A stretch of DNA of 64,000 bases from Dehalococcoidia bacterium (lineage in GTDB: Bacteria > Chloroflexota > Dehalococcoidia > Lucifugimonadales > UBA2985), in the NCBI GenBank assembly GCA_965219025.1, contig OZ244716.1:1351812-1415811 (forward strand), in the 5' to 3' direction. The notes below the pieces were generated by a model that did not search any database, was not told where the DNA came from, and saw only the letters and a program-made list of their open reading frames with translations. Numbering within the stretch: position 1 is the first letter of the stretch; each line of letters starts with the position of its first letter. Shown here piece by piece: positions 11,107 through 20,015 of this stretch. A program made the translations under genes and the position numbers.

Positions 11107-11345
11107 TGTCATTTCGAGAGAGGCGCAGCCGAGTCGAGAAATCTAGGGCCTGCGGAAGGTCACGCCACCCTCCGTGCGTTGGCCTGCCGCGGGCGAATCG
11201 TGGTGGCGTGCGAGACGCCTCTGGATTCCTGCCTGCGCAGGAATGGGAGGCAGGCGTGACGTCGGCTGCCTCTACCGTACCACCCCTGCGTAGGCAGGGG
11301 TCTATCCCCCCCCCTCTGGATTGCGGCTTCCGCCGCAATGACGGT
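11107..11345. repeat. composite REP-like palindrome cluster
   Basis: TGTCATTTCGAGAGAGGCGCAGCCGAGTCGAGAAATCT, GGATTCCTGCCTGCGCAGGAATG, CCCCTGCGTAGGCAGGGG and CTGGATTGCGGCTTCCGCCGCAATGAC hairpins between convergent genes; the first unit is related to 62440-62587. Confidence 0.7.
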
Positions 11346-11405
11346 AGTGTGTGGCAGCAGCCTGCCGCCAGACGAGTCGTTCAAAGGTCTCCACTTGATG
11401 TAAGC

Positions 11406-12650
11406 TCAGGCGTGAAAGTTTGGGTTGAGGCGCAACAGCTCCCACAGCTCCAACAGCGCTTGCACGGTGGCCCGCTGCTTGATGAGCGCGCGCTGTCCGG
11501 GGAACCGCCGGCTCACGTGATGCTCGCCCCACTGGTGCGAGAACCCCATGTGCACCGTGCCCACCGGCTGCCCTTCCAGCTCGTCCGGTCCGGCCACGCC
11601 CGTTATGCCGATGCCAACGTCCGCGTCCATGGCCTCCCGGCATGCGCGGGCCATGTCGCGGGCCACCTCAGGGCTGACCACGCCGTGCTCCTGAATGATT
11701 GAGGGGTTGACGCCCCAGGCCGCCTTCACCTCGCTGGTGTAGGACACGATTCCGCCCAGGAAGTACTCCGAGCTGCCCGGGACCTGCGTGATGGAGTGCG
11801 CCAGCAGGCCGCCGGTGCAAGACTCCATCACGGCCAGCGTCAGGCCCCGGCGGGCCAGCTCGCGGCCGACCTGCTCCTCCAGCACGTCTTCGTCGGCGCC
11901 CCACACGTGCTCTCCCAACAGGCGGCGCAGCTCCGCCTCCACCGGCGACAGCATGCGCGCGGCCTCGTCTGAACTGGCTGCTCGGGCCCGCAGACGCACC
12001 TGCACGCCCTGCGCCTGCGCGTACATTCCCAGGGCCACGTCCGGCAGGTGGAACAGGGGGGCAATCAGCTCGTTGATGGCCGACTCGCCGAGGCCGTGCG
12101 TCTTGAGGCTTCGGGTTAGGATTACTGACCCGTCGGAGTGCTCGCGCAGGCGGGGCTCCACCTGTGTCTCCCACATGGGGTGCATCTCGCCGGGAGGACC
12201 GGGCATGGCGACGATGATCCTGCCGTTGGACTCAACCCACCAGCCGGGAGCGGTGCCGTGGTCGTTGGGTATGGAGCGCGCCGAGGGGATGAGGTTAGCC
12301 TGCTTGACGTTGACGTCCGACATGCTCGCGCCCCGGCGCCGGAAGGTCTCGCGAAGATGCTCCAGCGACTCCGCGTCCACGTACAGCGATTCACCCAGGA
12401 GCGTGGCGATGGCCTCGCGCGTCAGGTCGTCGTCGGTCGGGCCCAGGCCGCCGGTGGTGAGCACTAGGTCGGAGCGCTGCCACGCCTGCCGGAGCACCTC
12501 CGCGAGGGCGTAGAGGTTATCGGGTGCATGGGTGATTCGCTGCAGGTCGATGCCGATGGGCGGCAGGCGGGCTGCCAGGTAGGCGGAGTTGGTGTCCACC
12601 AGCTCACCCATGAGGAGCTCTGTGCCAATGGATACTATGTCTGCCTTCAA
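11406..12650 (-). CDS. cinA: competence/damage-inducible protein CinA (MoCF domain + PncC NMN deamidase)
   Basis: IVSIGTELLMGELVDTNS, TGGLGPTDDDLT, AVMESCTGG, GITGVAGP. Confidence 0.92.
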   Translation of the reverse strand: MKADIVSIGTELLMGELVDTNSAYLAARLPPIGIDLQRITHAPDNLYALAEVLRQAWQRSDLVLTTGGLGPTDDDLTREAIATLLGESLYVDAESLEHLRETFRRRGASMSDVNVKQANLIPSARSIPNDHGTAPGWWVESNGRIIVAMPGPPGEMHPMWETQVEPRLREHSDGSVILTRSLKTHGLGESAINELIAPLFHLPDVALGMYAQAQGVQVRLRARAASSDEAARMLSPVEAELRRLLGEHVWGADEDVLEEQVGRELARRGLTLAVMESCTGGLLAHSITQVPGSSEYFLGGIVSYTSEVKAAWGVNPSIIQEHGVVSPEVARDMARACREAMDADVGIGITGVAGPDELEGQPVGTVHMGFSHQWGEHHVSRRFPGQRALIKQRATVQALLELWELLRLNPNFHA

Positions 12651-12701
12651 GGAATGTGTCCTGCCGGTCCAGGCAGCGTGGTTCGCCGGGCCCGCTTCGT
12701 A

Positions 12702-13691
12702 CTACTGGCCTGAGGTTTCCGTGCCGTCGGCATGGGGGTAGCCGGCTGCCAGGGCTTCCAGGGCCTCCACCCATGAGGCCTCAGTCGTGAAGATCTCTTG
12801 GAAGGGAAACTCGCCACGCACGGTCTGCGCGTAGTAGGCGCTGCCGTCCTCCGTTGGCCCGCCTATCAGATAGCGGGAATGCGAAACGACGTTGAAGCCC
12901 TCGTCGTCCAGCTTCTGCGTCTCCAGGAAGAGGGAGACGACCGGCTCATCAAGGCCGAATTGTGCAAGGTCCAGAGTATCGGGTGCTATGAGCTCCTGTT
13001 CCGGATTCTCCAGATGCGCAAGTATAGCGGGGAGTTCCGCGGGATCGACGGGGGCTGCCTCATCGTCGTTGAAGCGCCATTCGTCTCCTTCCCTGATGAG
13101 GGACAGGAATCCCTCTTGGGTGAAGAGCTCAAAGCGGTTGACCGTCTTGGCATCCGCGTTGTAGAACCACTCCGGATACGGAGGGTCATCAATTAGCTTG
13201 GTCAGGCTCTCGCGCCACCCGGTGAATACCGTGAACACCTGCGGGAAGCCTTCCACCTGGGCGTAATCGTTCTGGCCGTCGGGCGTGGTGAGCCCCAGGA
13301 GCACGTTGATGCTGCGTCCGTCCTTCAGGTCCACTTCCACAACGGTAGGCGGTGCGTCCAGGCCGTAGGGGACTAGTTCGGCCGGCTGTTCGTCCAGCAG
13401 GCGGCGGCTGCGAGGGCCGGTCAGCAGCAGTGTGATGCCACCCCAGCGCTCCAGACCCACGGGAATGCCGTCCGGGTCGCCAATGCGCCAGACATTGTCC
13501 TCGCCCAGGTGGAAGGAGGCGTTCTCCTCCCCGTCCTTGATGTGGATGCGAGTCAGGTCCGAGATGTCCAGGTTGTAGAACCACGGCGGCTGCTCTTCCT
13601 CCTCCTCGACCTGCCTGAGCTGGATGAAGAAGACGTAGCCGGCTACCATTGCAAGGGCTACCACCAGAATGATGGACGTGCGAATGCTCAT
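12702..13691 (-). CDS. DUF4340 domain membrane-anchored protein (two repeated domains)
   Basis: N-terminal TM; two PxWFYN...YGL/FGLD repeats; follows a GldG-like gene as is usual for DUF4340. Confidence 0.7.
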   Translation of the reverse strand: MSIRTSIILVVALAMVAGYVFFIQLRQVEEEEEQPPWFYNLDISDLTRIHIKDGEENASFHLGEDNVWRIGDPDGIPVGLERWGGITLLLTGPRSRRLLDEQPAELVPYGLDAPPTVVEVDLKDGRSINVLLGLTTPDGQNDYAQVEGFPQVFTVFTGWRESLTKLIDDPPYPEWFYNADAKTVNRFELFTQEGFLSLIREGDEWRFNDDEAAPVDPAELPAILAHLENPEQELIAPDTLDLAQFGLDEPVVSLFLETQKLDDEGFNVVSHSRYLIGGPTEDGSAYYAQTVRGEFPFQEIFTTEASWVEALEALAAGYPHADGTETSGQ

Positions 13692-13700
13692 GGGTGCGGA

Positions 13701-15422
13701 TTACCTTCTGCGCCACCATGAGATACCGGCCAGAAGCATGAGGCCGGTGGGGAGCAGGAACCAGCTGGAGTAGCGAATGAAGTCGAACTCCCTCTGGTCG
13801 ATAACCAGGAGGCGGAAGGCTTGCGGCTTTGCGCGTATGGAGATGAGGTCGTACTTCTGGGCCAGCCAGTCCACGGAGTTGAGGAAGAGGTCGCTGTTGT
13901 TCAGGGCGTAGTAGAACTTGTTGCCTGCGAAGTCCGAGTCGCCGAAGATGATCATGGAGGCGAGGGTCGGCTGCTGGCCCGGTTCGAGCGCCGGCGCCTC
14001 TTCGCCGACGAAAGCTACCAGCTGGACCGCCATTGCCAGGGCAAACGGGCCGGGGATGTCGTCCTCGTCGGAGCAGTCGGAGGCGTCCCGTTCGGCCGTA
14101 ATGCAGCTGAAGAGGGAGGAGAAGGCCAGGGGCGTATGCTGGATGTTGATCTCGTCCGGGTTCGGGGGAAGCCCCTCGGGCGCACGCTCGATGACGCTAA
14201 CGATGCCGGTAGAGTCCGTGAGGAAGGTGTCGTCCAGCTGCCTGGTCACGGGGTGCTCCTGGTTGTAGGCGCTGCGCCGGATGATGGGGCTGCGCGGGTC
14301 CGCCACGGTGGAGCTTGCGGTGTCAACGATGGTGCCCTGAGGCAGCTGAATGCCGAACTTGGCAAACGTGGTGTTCATCTGCGTGTTGATGGCGTCGTCG
14401 ATCAGGAAGAGGCCGCGGCCGCCGGCCTTCAGGTAGCGCTCCACCATCTCGCGCTCGTCCCTGAGGATGCTGTTGCTGGGCCCCGCCATGATCAGGACAG
14501 CGGCATCCTCCGGAATCTCCTCCACCTCCCTGAGGTTCAGCGTCCTGACGATGTAGTTGTCGCCGAGAAGGCCGGCCCGTGCGAGGCCGTAGCCGTCGCC
14601 GTCCTCCGAGGAGTCGGTGGTGTTTCGTTCGCTGTGGCCGGTGGTGAAGTAGACCACCTTCTGCTCCTCGCCTGTGGAGATGAGGAGGGCGCTGACCAGG
14701 TCCTGCTCGGCAAGCGTGAAAGCCTCACCAAAGAACTGAGGCGTGAGCAGGTATGGATTGCGCTCTGACTCCGTGGCGCGGAACGCAATGGTGGGGTACT
14801 CCTGGACGCCGTCGCGGCGGGCCTGGGATGGCGTGAGGTCTGGGTCCACAAAGTCGAAGGTGAAGCTCCTATTGCGCCTGTTGAACTCGAAGAAGAAGTC
14901 CTCGGCCTGGCGCCGGATGAGCTCGTGGCGCGCGTCCTCAGGACTGGAGTAGATGGTGGCGTGAACCGGCTCTGCCACCGCTTCCAGGACCTGCTCCGTT
15001 TGGGGAGCAAGCGTGAACTGCCGGGTTGCGGTGACGTCCAGCCGGTAGGAGTTTTCGTAGGAGATGAAGCCCAGCAGGACCAGTATCGCGGTGAGGGCGC
15101 TCACCATGATCAGTGTGTTGGCGGCGTAGCGCCCGGCACGTGCTCTGACGGCGCTCTTTACAGCCGGGAAGTTGGTCACGGCGGCCGTGGCCAACATGAG
15201 GACGGCCAGTGCCATTAGAAGCTGCCCCGGGCCGCGCAGCTCCCGGATGGTGATAAACACCACCAGGCCGCCCACGAAGATCACCGCGCCGGAGAGCGAG
15301 AAGATGGGGCCGGCATCGGCAAGCGCTGTCCACAGCTTCTCGCGGCTGAAACGGCCCTGGGTCTCACCGCTTACGCGGCTGCGGCGCTCTCTTCGCCGGT
15401 CGCCGCTGGTGCTCATCTCCAC
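13701..15422 (-). CDS. GldG-like ABC transporter auxiliary component
   Basis: RLDVTATRQFTLAPQT, VYFTTGHSE, IIFGDSDF, NSDLFLNSVDWL, C-terminal TM ending WWRRR. Confidence 0.85.
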   Translation of the reverse strand: MEMSTSGDRRRERRSRVSGETQGRFSREKLWTALADAGPIFSLSGAVIFVGGLVVFITIRELRGPGQLLMALAVLMLATAAVTNFPAVKSAVRARAGRYAANTLIMVSALTAILVLLGFISYENSYRLDVTATRQFTLAPQTEQVLEAVAEPVHATIYSSPEDARHELIRRQAEDFFFEFNRRNRSFTFDFVDPDLTPSQARRDGVQEYPTIAFRATESERNPYLLTPQFFGEAFTLAEQDLVSALLISTGEEQKVVYFTTGHSERNTTDSSEDGDGYGLARAGLLGDNYIVRTLNLREVEEIPEDAAVLIMAGPSNSILRDEREMVERYLKAGGRGLFLIDDAINTQMNTTFAKFGIQLPQGTIVDTASSTVADPRSPIIRRSAYNQEHPVTRQLDDTFLTDSTGIVSVIERAPEGLPPNPDEINIQHTPLAFSSLFSCITAERDASDCSDEDDIPGPFALAMAVQLVAFVGEEAPALEPGQQPTLASMIIFGDSDFAGNKFYYALNNSDLFLNSVDWLAQKYDLISIRAKPQAFRLLVIDQREFDFIRYSSWFLLPTGLMLLAGISWWRRR

Positions 15423-16126
15423 CTCCTGGACTCCAGCGACCGCGCCGTGAGGAACAGCATGAAGATGGTGAAGATGGCGAAGTAGACTATGTCGTGCGTG
15501 TCAATCACGCCGCGGGCAAAGCTCTCCAGGTGCGTGGTGATGGATATCTGCAGCACCAGGTCCGCAAATATGCCTCCCGCATAGGAGGATGCAAGGTCTA
15601 TGATGGTGAGGATGAGTAGGATGCCCATCGCCAGCACGGCGGCCACTATCTGGTTGCCGGAGAGGGAGGAGGCGAGCAGCCCCACGGAGAGCGTGGCCAT
15701 TCCGAACAGCACAAGGCCGAGGTACCCGCTGAGTATGGGGCCGATGTCCGGCGTGGCGAACCACGACAGCATTAGCACCAGGTAAATGGTCGGCACCAGT
15801 ATGGAGAGCAGGCTGGCCATGGCGGCCAGGAACTTGCCCATGACGATCTCGTAATCGCGCACCGGCGCGGTCATGAGAAGCTCCAGCGTGCCCAGCTTCT
15901 GCTCCTCCGCGAGCAGCCTCATTGTGATGATGGGCGAGAGGAGGGTGAAGATGAAGGTGCTGGGGATGATGTAGCCGCGGATGGTGGCTTCCGGCAGGAC
16001 CCCGCTTATGCTGGTAACAAAGTAGTATGCGGCCAGGGCGGCGTAAACCGCCATTATGATGTAGGCCATGGGGGAGGCGAAGTAGGTCCTGGTCTCCTTC
16101 CAGGCTATGGTTATTGTGTTCTTCAT
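15413..16126 (-). CDS. ABC-2 type permease (GldF-like)
   Basis: AWKETRTYFASPMAY, ITMRLLAEEQKLGTLELLMTAPV. Confidence 0.9.
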   Translation of the reverse strand: MKNTITIAWKETRTYFASPMAYIIMAVYAALAAYYFVTSISGVLPEATIRGYIIPSTFIFTLLSPIITMRLLAEEQKLGTLELLMTAPVRDYEIVMGKFLAAMASLLSILVPTIYLVLMLSWFATPDIGPILSGYLGLVLFGMATLSVGLLASSLSGNQIVAAVLAMGILLILTIIDLASSYAGGIFADLVLQISITTHLESFARGVIDTHDIVYFAIFTIFMLFLTARSLESRRWR

Positions 16127-17088
16127 TCCTTGTCCGAATCCGGTTCCGTGAGGCGCAGGAAGATCTCCTCCAGGCTCATCTGAATGGGCTGCAGCCTTAG
16201 GAGGCCCCAGCCGCGCTGCAATACGAGGTTGGAAATCTCCTCGCGGAGGTCCTCACTGCCCGTGGTCTCAATGCGGTAGATGCCCACGTCGTCCTTGTCT
16301 GTGCGCGTGATCTCCTGGACGCCGGGCAGATCGCGGAGGGCCGTCATCACCTGCGCCGAATGGCCGCGTATGTCCACCTCCAGCCGCTCGGTGCCGCGGA
16401 GGCGCTCGGACAGGTTGTCCGGCCGATCCACTGCCACCACCTGGCCTTCGTGGATGATGATTACGCGCTGGCATACCATGCTGACCTCAGGGAGTATGTG
16501 GGTGCTGAGGATGACGGTATGGTCGCCACCGAAGCCCTTGATCAGGTTGCGCGTCTCCACCACCTGGATGGGGTCTATGCCGATGGTTGGCTCATCCATG
16601 ATGAGCACCTCCGGCTCGTGGAGGATGGCCTGAGCAATGCCCACCCTCTGCCGGAAGCCCTTGGACAGCTTGGCGATGAGCGACGTCCGATAGTCGCCCA
16701 GCCGGCAGATGTCGATGACCTCGCCGACGCGCCGCCGGCGCCACTCCTTGTCCATGCCCCGGATGCGGCCCATGAAGTCCAGGTAGTCGGAGACGCTCAT
16801 CTCCGTGTACAGAGGCACGGTCTCCGGCAGGTAGCCGATGTGGCGTCGCACCTCCAGTGACTGGTCGACCACGTCGTAGCCTGCGATGCGCGCGGTGCCG
16901 GAGGTGGGCGGCATGAAGCCGGTGAGGATGCGCATGGTGGTGGTCTTGCCGGCTGCGTTGGGTCCGAGGAATCCCAGGACCTCGCCGCGGTTGACGGTGA
17001 AGCTGATGTTCTCGATTGCCGGGTATTCGCCGTAGTACTTGGTGAGGTCTTCGACCTCTATCATGGGCGTACCAGTGTTCTCTTGCAT
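16123..17088 (-). CDS. ABC transporter ATP-binding protein (GldA-like)
   Basis: Walker A variant GPNAAGKTT, LSKGFRQR signature, IMDEPT; start ATG 17088 with upstream AAGAGGA. Confidence 0.9.
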   Translation of the reverse strand: MQENTGTPMIEVEDLTKYYGEYPAIENISFTVNRGEVLGFLGPNAAGKTTTMRILTGFMPPTSGTARIAGYDVVDQSLEVRRHIGYLPETVPLYTEMSVSDYLDFMGRIRGMDKEWRRRRVGEVIDICRLGDYRTSLIAKLSKGFRQRVGIAQAILHEPEVLIMDEPTIGIDPIQVVETRNLIKGFGGDHTVILSTHILPEVSMVCQRVIIIHEGQVVAVDRPDNLSERLRGTERLEVDIRGHSAQVMTALRDLPGVQEITRTDKDDVGIYRIETTGSEDLREEISNLVLQRGWGLLRLQPIQMSLEEIFLRLTEPDSDKE

Positions 17089-17212
17089 GCTTTTCCTCTT
17101 CTGCGTCTCGCCGCGGGCCGAGATGCGCATTGGAGGATTATAAGGGTAACAGCGTAACAGCTTCAAGGGGATAGGGTTGCTCGTAAGGAATGTGAAGGAA
17201 AGATTGCGAAGT

Positions 17213-17241
17213 TTGCAGGAACAACAGCGAGTCGCTATACT
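17213..17241 (+). promoter_or_regulatory. sigma70-type promoter of rel, probably leaderless
   Basis: TTGCAG-N17-TATACT; ATG 6 nt after the -10; no SD sequence. Confidence 0.55.
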
Positions 17242-17247
17242 CTCAAC

Positions 17248-19470
17248 ATGGCAAGACCGCGTGTTGCGTACGAGACACATACCGCCGAGGACATCCTGTC
17301 GAAGGCGAGGGGCTACCTGCCGCTCGACAAGCTCTCGCTGATTGAGGATGCCTTCGACTTTGCTTTCCGCGCCCACGACGGCCAGAAGCGTCTCTCCGGG
17401 GAGCCCTACGTGGAGCACCCCATCAACACCGCCCTGTTCCTTACCGAGCTGAACCTGGACGCTTCCACGCTCGCCGCCGCTCTGCTACACGACGTGATCG
17501 AGGACTGCGGCGTCACCTTCGATGACCTGCGCCAGCAGTTCGGCCAGGAGGTGGCCCGTCTGGTGGACGGCGTCACCAAGCTGAGCAAGATGGACCTGAT
17601 GTACTCGGAGGACGGCCCGCGCTACGACTACGACGACGGCCAGGCGGGGAGCCTGCGCAAGATGCTGGTGGCCACGGCCCAGGACGTACGCGTGGTGCTG
17701 ATCAAGCTGGCGGACCGGCTCCACAACATGCAGACGCTCAGCGCTCATTCGCCGGAAAAGCAGGTTGCCATCTCCAGGGAGACTCTGGACATCTACGCGC
17801 CCCTGGCCCACAGGCTGGGCATCTGGGACTTCAAGTGGCGTCTGGAGGACCTGGCGTTCAGCTTCCTGGACGCATCCCGTTACCGGGAGATCTCCCGCCT
17901 GCTCACCACCAAGCGTACGGAGAGGGAGATGTACATTCTCCAGCTGAGCCAGACGCTGCGGGACGAGCTGAACGAGCGAGGACTTGAGGCGGAGGTTACG
18001 GGCCGCCCCAAGCACATCTACAGCATCTACCAGAAGATGAGGAAGTATGCGGAACAGGGCAAGGAGTTCAGCCAGATTTACGACCTGTTCGCTCTGAGGG
18101 TATTGGTGCCGGAGGTGCACGACTGCTACAGCGCCCTCGGCGTCATCCACGGGCAGTACCACCCCATACCGGGGGAGTTCGACGACTACATAGCCAACCC
18201 CAAGGACAACATGTACCAGTCGCTGCACACGGCCGTGATGTACCAGGGCAACACGCCGCTGGAGATACAGATCAGGACGTACTCAATGCACCAGGTGTCC
18301 GAGTACGGGGTGGCGGCCCACTGGCGCTACAAGGAGGGGGAGACCAAGGACCGCCGCTTTGAGGAGAAGATGAGCTGGCTCAGGCAGCTGCTGGACTGGC
18401 AGAGGGAGGTTGTGGGAGCTGAGGAGTTCGTGGAGTCCGTTAAGATGGACCTGTTCCAGGACCAGGTATTCGTATATACACCCAAGGGCGATATTAGAGA
18501 GCTCCCCGCCGGCTCGACGCCCATTGACTTCGCTTATCGTATACACACGGACCTTGGCCACCGCTGCATTGGAGGCAAGGTGAACGGCAAGCTGATGCCT
18601 CTTTACACGCAGCTCAAGAACGGCGACACGGTCGAGATTCTGACGAGCAAGCTGGAGCGAGGGCCAAGCCTGGACTGGCTCAACACCAACCTGGGCTACG
18701 CAAACACGGCGAACGCCCGCCAGAAGATACGGCTGTGGTTCCGAAAGCAGGAGCGGAGCGCCAACATCCAGCGCGGCAAGGAGCTGCTGTCCAAGGAGAT
18801 GCGCCGCCTGAGCGTGAAGATGGACGAGAGCGACGTGGCCGCGCTGCTGAAGTACGATACGGGTCCGGAATTCCTGGCGGCGCTCGGCAGCGGGTTTGTG
18901 AGCATAGCGCAGGTGACGTCGCGGCTGGCGGCGCAGCAGGATCAGTCGCCGGTGGAGCCGGCGGCCGCGCCGGTGCTCACGTGGCCGTCCTCCGGCATCG
19001 AGGTGCTGGGCGTGGGCGACCTGCTGACGCGCGTCTCCCAGTGCTGCAGCCCCATACCGGGCGACGGCATAATCGGCTACATCACGCGCACCCGCGGAGT
19101 GTCCGTGCACAGGACCGACTGCCACAACGTCCGGAACGAGAGCGAGCAGGAGAGACTGGTCAGCGTGAACTGGGGCAGCGGGCAGACGCTGTATCCGGTA
19201 CGGCTGCGCATCGAGGCGTGGGACCGCGTGGGCCTGCTGAGGGACATAACCACGCTGGTATCGCAGGAGAAGGTGAACATCGCCAGCGTCATAACCACCG
19301 AGCACGAGGACAGCAGCGCCTCCATATACCTGACGCTGTATACCACGGGCGTGGGACAGCTCAGCCGGCTGTTCTCCAGGCTCGAGGGCGTGGTGGGCGT
19401 GTTCTCGGTAACGCGAAGCGCTCCGGAGGAGGAGCGGATCCTGCGGGTTGGCGCAGGAAGATCGAACTGA
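17248..19470 (+). CDS. rel: bifunctional (p)ppGpp synthetase/hydrolase RelA/SpoT (Rel)
   Basis: AALLHDVIED, IKLADRLHNM, GRPKHIYSIY, YQSLHT, TGS and ACT domains. Confidence 0.95.
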   Translation: MARPRVAYETHTAEDILSKARGYLPLDKLSLIEDAFDFAFRAHDGQKRLSGEPYVEHPINTALFLTELNLDASTLAAALLHDVIEDCGVTFDDLRQQFGQEVARLVDGVTKLSKMDLMYSEDGPRYDYDDGQAGSLRKMLVATAQDVRVVLIKLADRLHNMQTLSAHSPEKQVAISRETLDIYAPLAHRLGIWDFKWRLEDLAFSFLDASRYREISRLLTTKRTEREMYILQLSQTLRDELNERGLEAEVTGRPKHIYSIYQKMRKYAEQGKEFSQIYDLFALRVLVPEVHDCYSALGVIHGQYHPIPGEFDDYIANPKDNMYQSLHTAVMYQGNTPLEIQIRTYSMHQVSEYGVAAHWRYKEGETKDRRFEEKMSWLRQLLDWQREVVGAEEFVESVKMDLFQDQVFVYTPKGDIRELPAGSTPIDFAYRIHTDLGHRCIGGKVNGKLMPLYTQLKNGDTVEILTSKLERGPSLDWLNTNLGYANTANARQKIRLWFRKQERSANIQRGKELLSKEMRRLSVKMDESDVAALLKYDTGPEFLAALGSGFVSIAQVTSRLAAQQDQSPVEPAAAPVLTWPSSGIEVLGVGDLLTRVSQCCSPIPGDGIIGYITRTRGVSVHRTDCHNVRNESEQERLVSVNWGSGQTLYPVRLRIEAWDRVGLLRDITTLVSQEKVNIASVITTEHEDSSASIYLTLYTTGVGQLSRLFSRLEGVVGVFSVTRSAPEEERILRVGAGRSN

Positions 19471-19483
19471 AGGAGATAGGGCA

Positions 19484-19738
19484 TTGCCAAGTGAAAGATC
19501 AGCCCGCGTGGTGGCTCGGAAGACGGAGCGAAACCGGCCGATACGCACGGCAACACGCACCTACGTGAAGAGGGCACAGGACGCCATCGCGCAGGGTGAG
19601 TCGGAGGCCGCGACGGTGAGCGTGCAGCGTGCGATCAAGGCGCTGGACAAGGCGGCGGTGAAGGGCATCATCCACCCGAACAACGCGGCGCGCCGGAAGT
19701 CCCGGCTGATGGCAAGACTGAACCGCCTTAGCGCCTAG
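19484..19738 (+). CDS. rpsT: 30S ribosomal protein S20
   Basis: DKAAVKGIIHPNNAARRKSRLM; TTG start at 19484 after AGGAG. Confidence 0.93.
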   Translation: MPSERSARVVARKTERNRPIRTATRTYVKRAQDAIAQGESEAATVSVQRAIKALDKAAVKGIIHPNNAARRKSRLMARLNRLSA

Positions 19739-19775
19739 CCGGGCGTCAGCGCGACGAGCAAAGATTAGGAGTACT

Positions 19776-20000
19776 ATGGTGAAGGTCAACAAATATTGGC
19801 CCAATGCAATCTATCTGTTTGGAGTGGGCACTTTCCTCCTGATCTGGGGGGGCGTCCTTGCCAGGAGTGAGAACCCTCCTCCTATGGAGTTCCTGGTAAT
19901 CCTCCTCGTCATGGGCGTAGGGAGTCTCTTTACGGGCTACCTCGCGATTCCCACGTCGCCAAAGCGCCGCCGCAGGCGGCGGCGCAGGCACGTTATGTAG
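19776..20000 (+). CDS. small two-TM membrane protein with poly-Arg tail
   Basis: 74 aa, RBS AGGAG, two hydrophobic stretches, C-terminal SPKRRRRRRRRHVM. Confidence 0.55.
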   Translation: MVKVNKYWPNAIYLFGVGTFLLIWGGVLARSENPPPMEFLVILLVMGVGSLFTGYLAIPTSPKRRRRRRRRHVM

Positions 20001-20015
20001 AAGGCTTCTCAAGGA

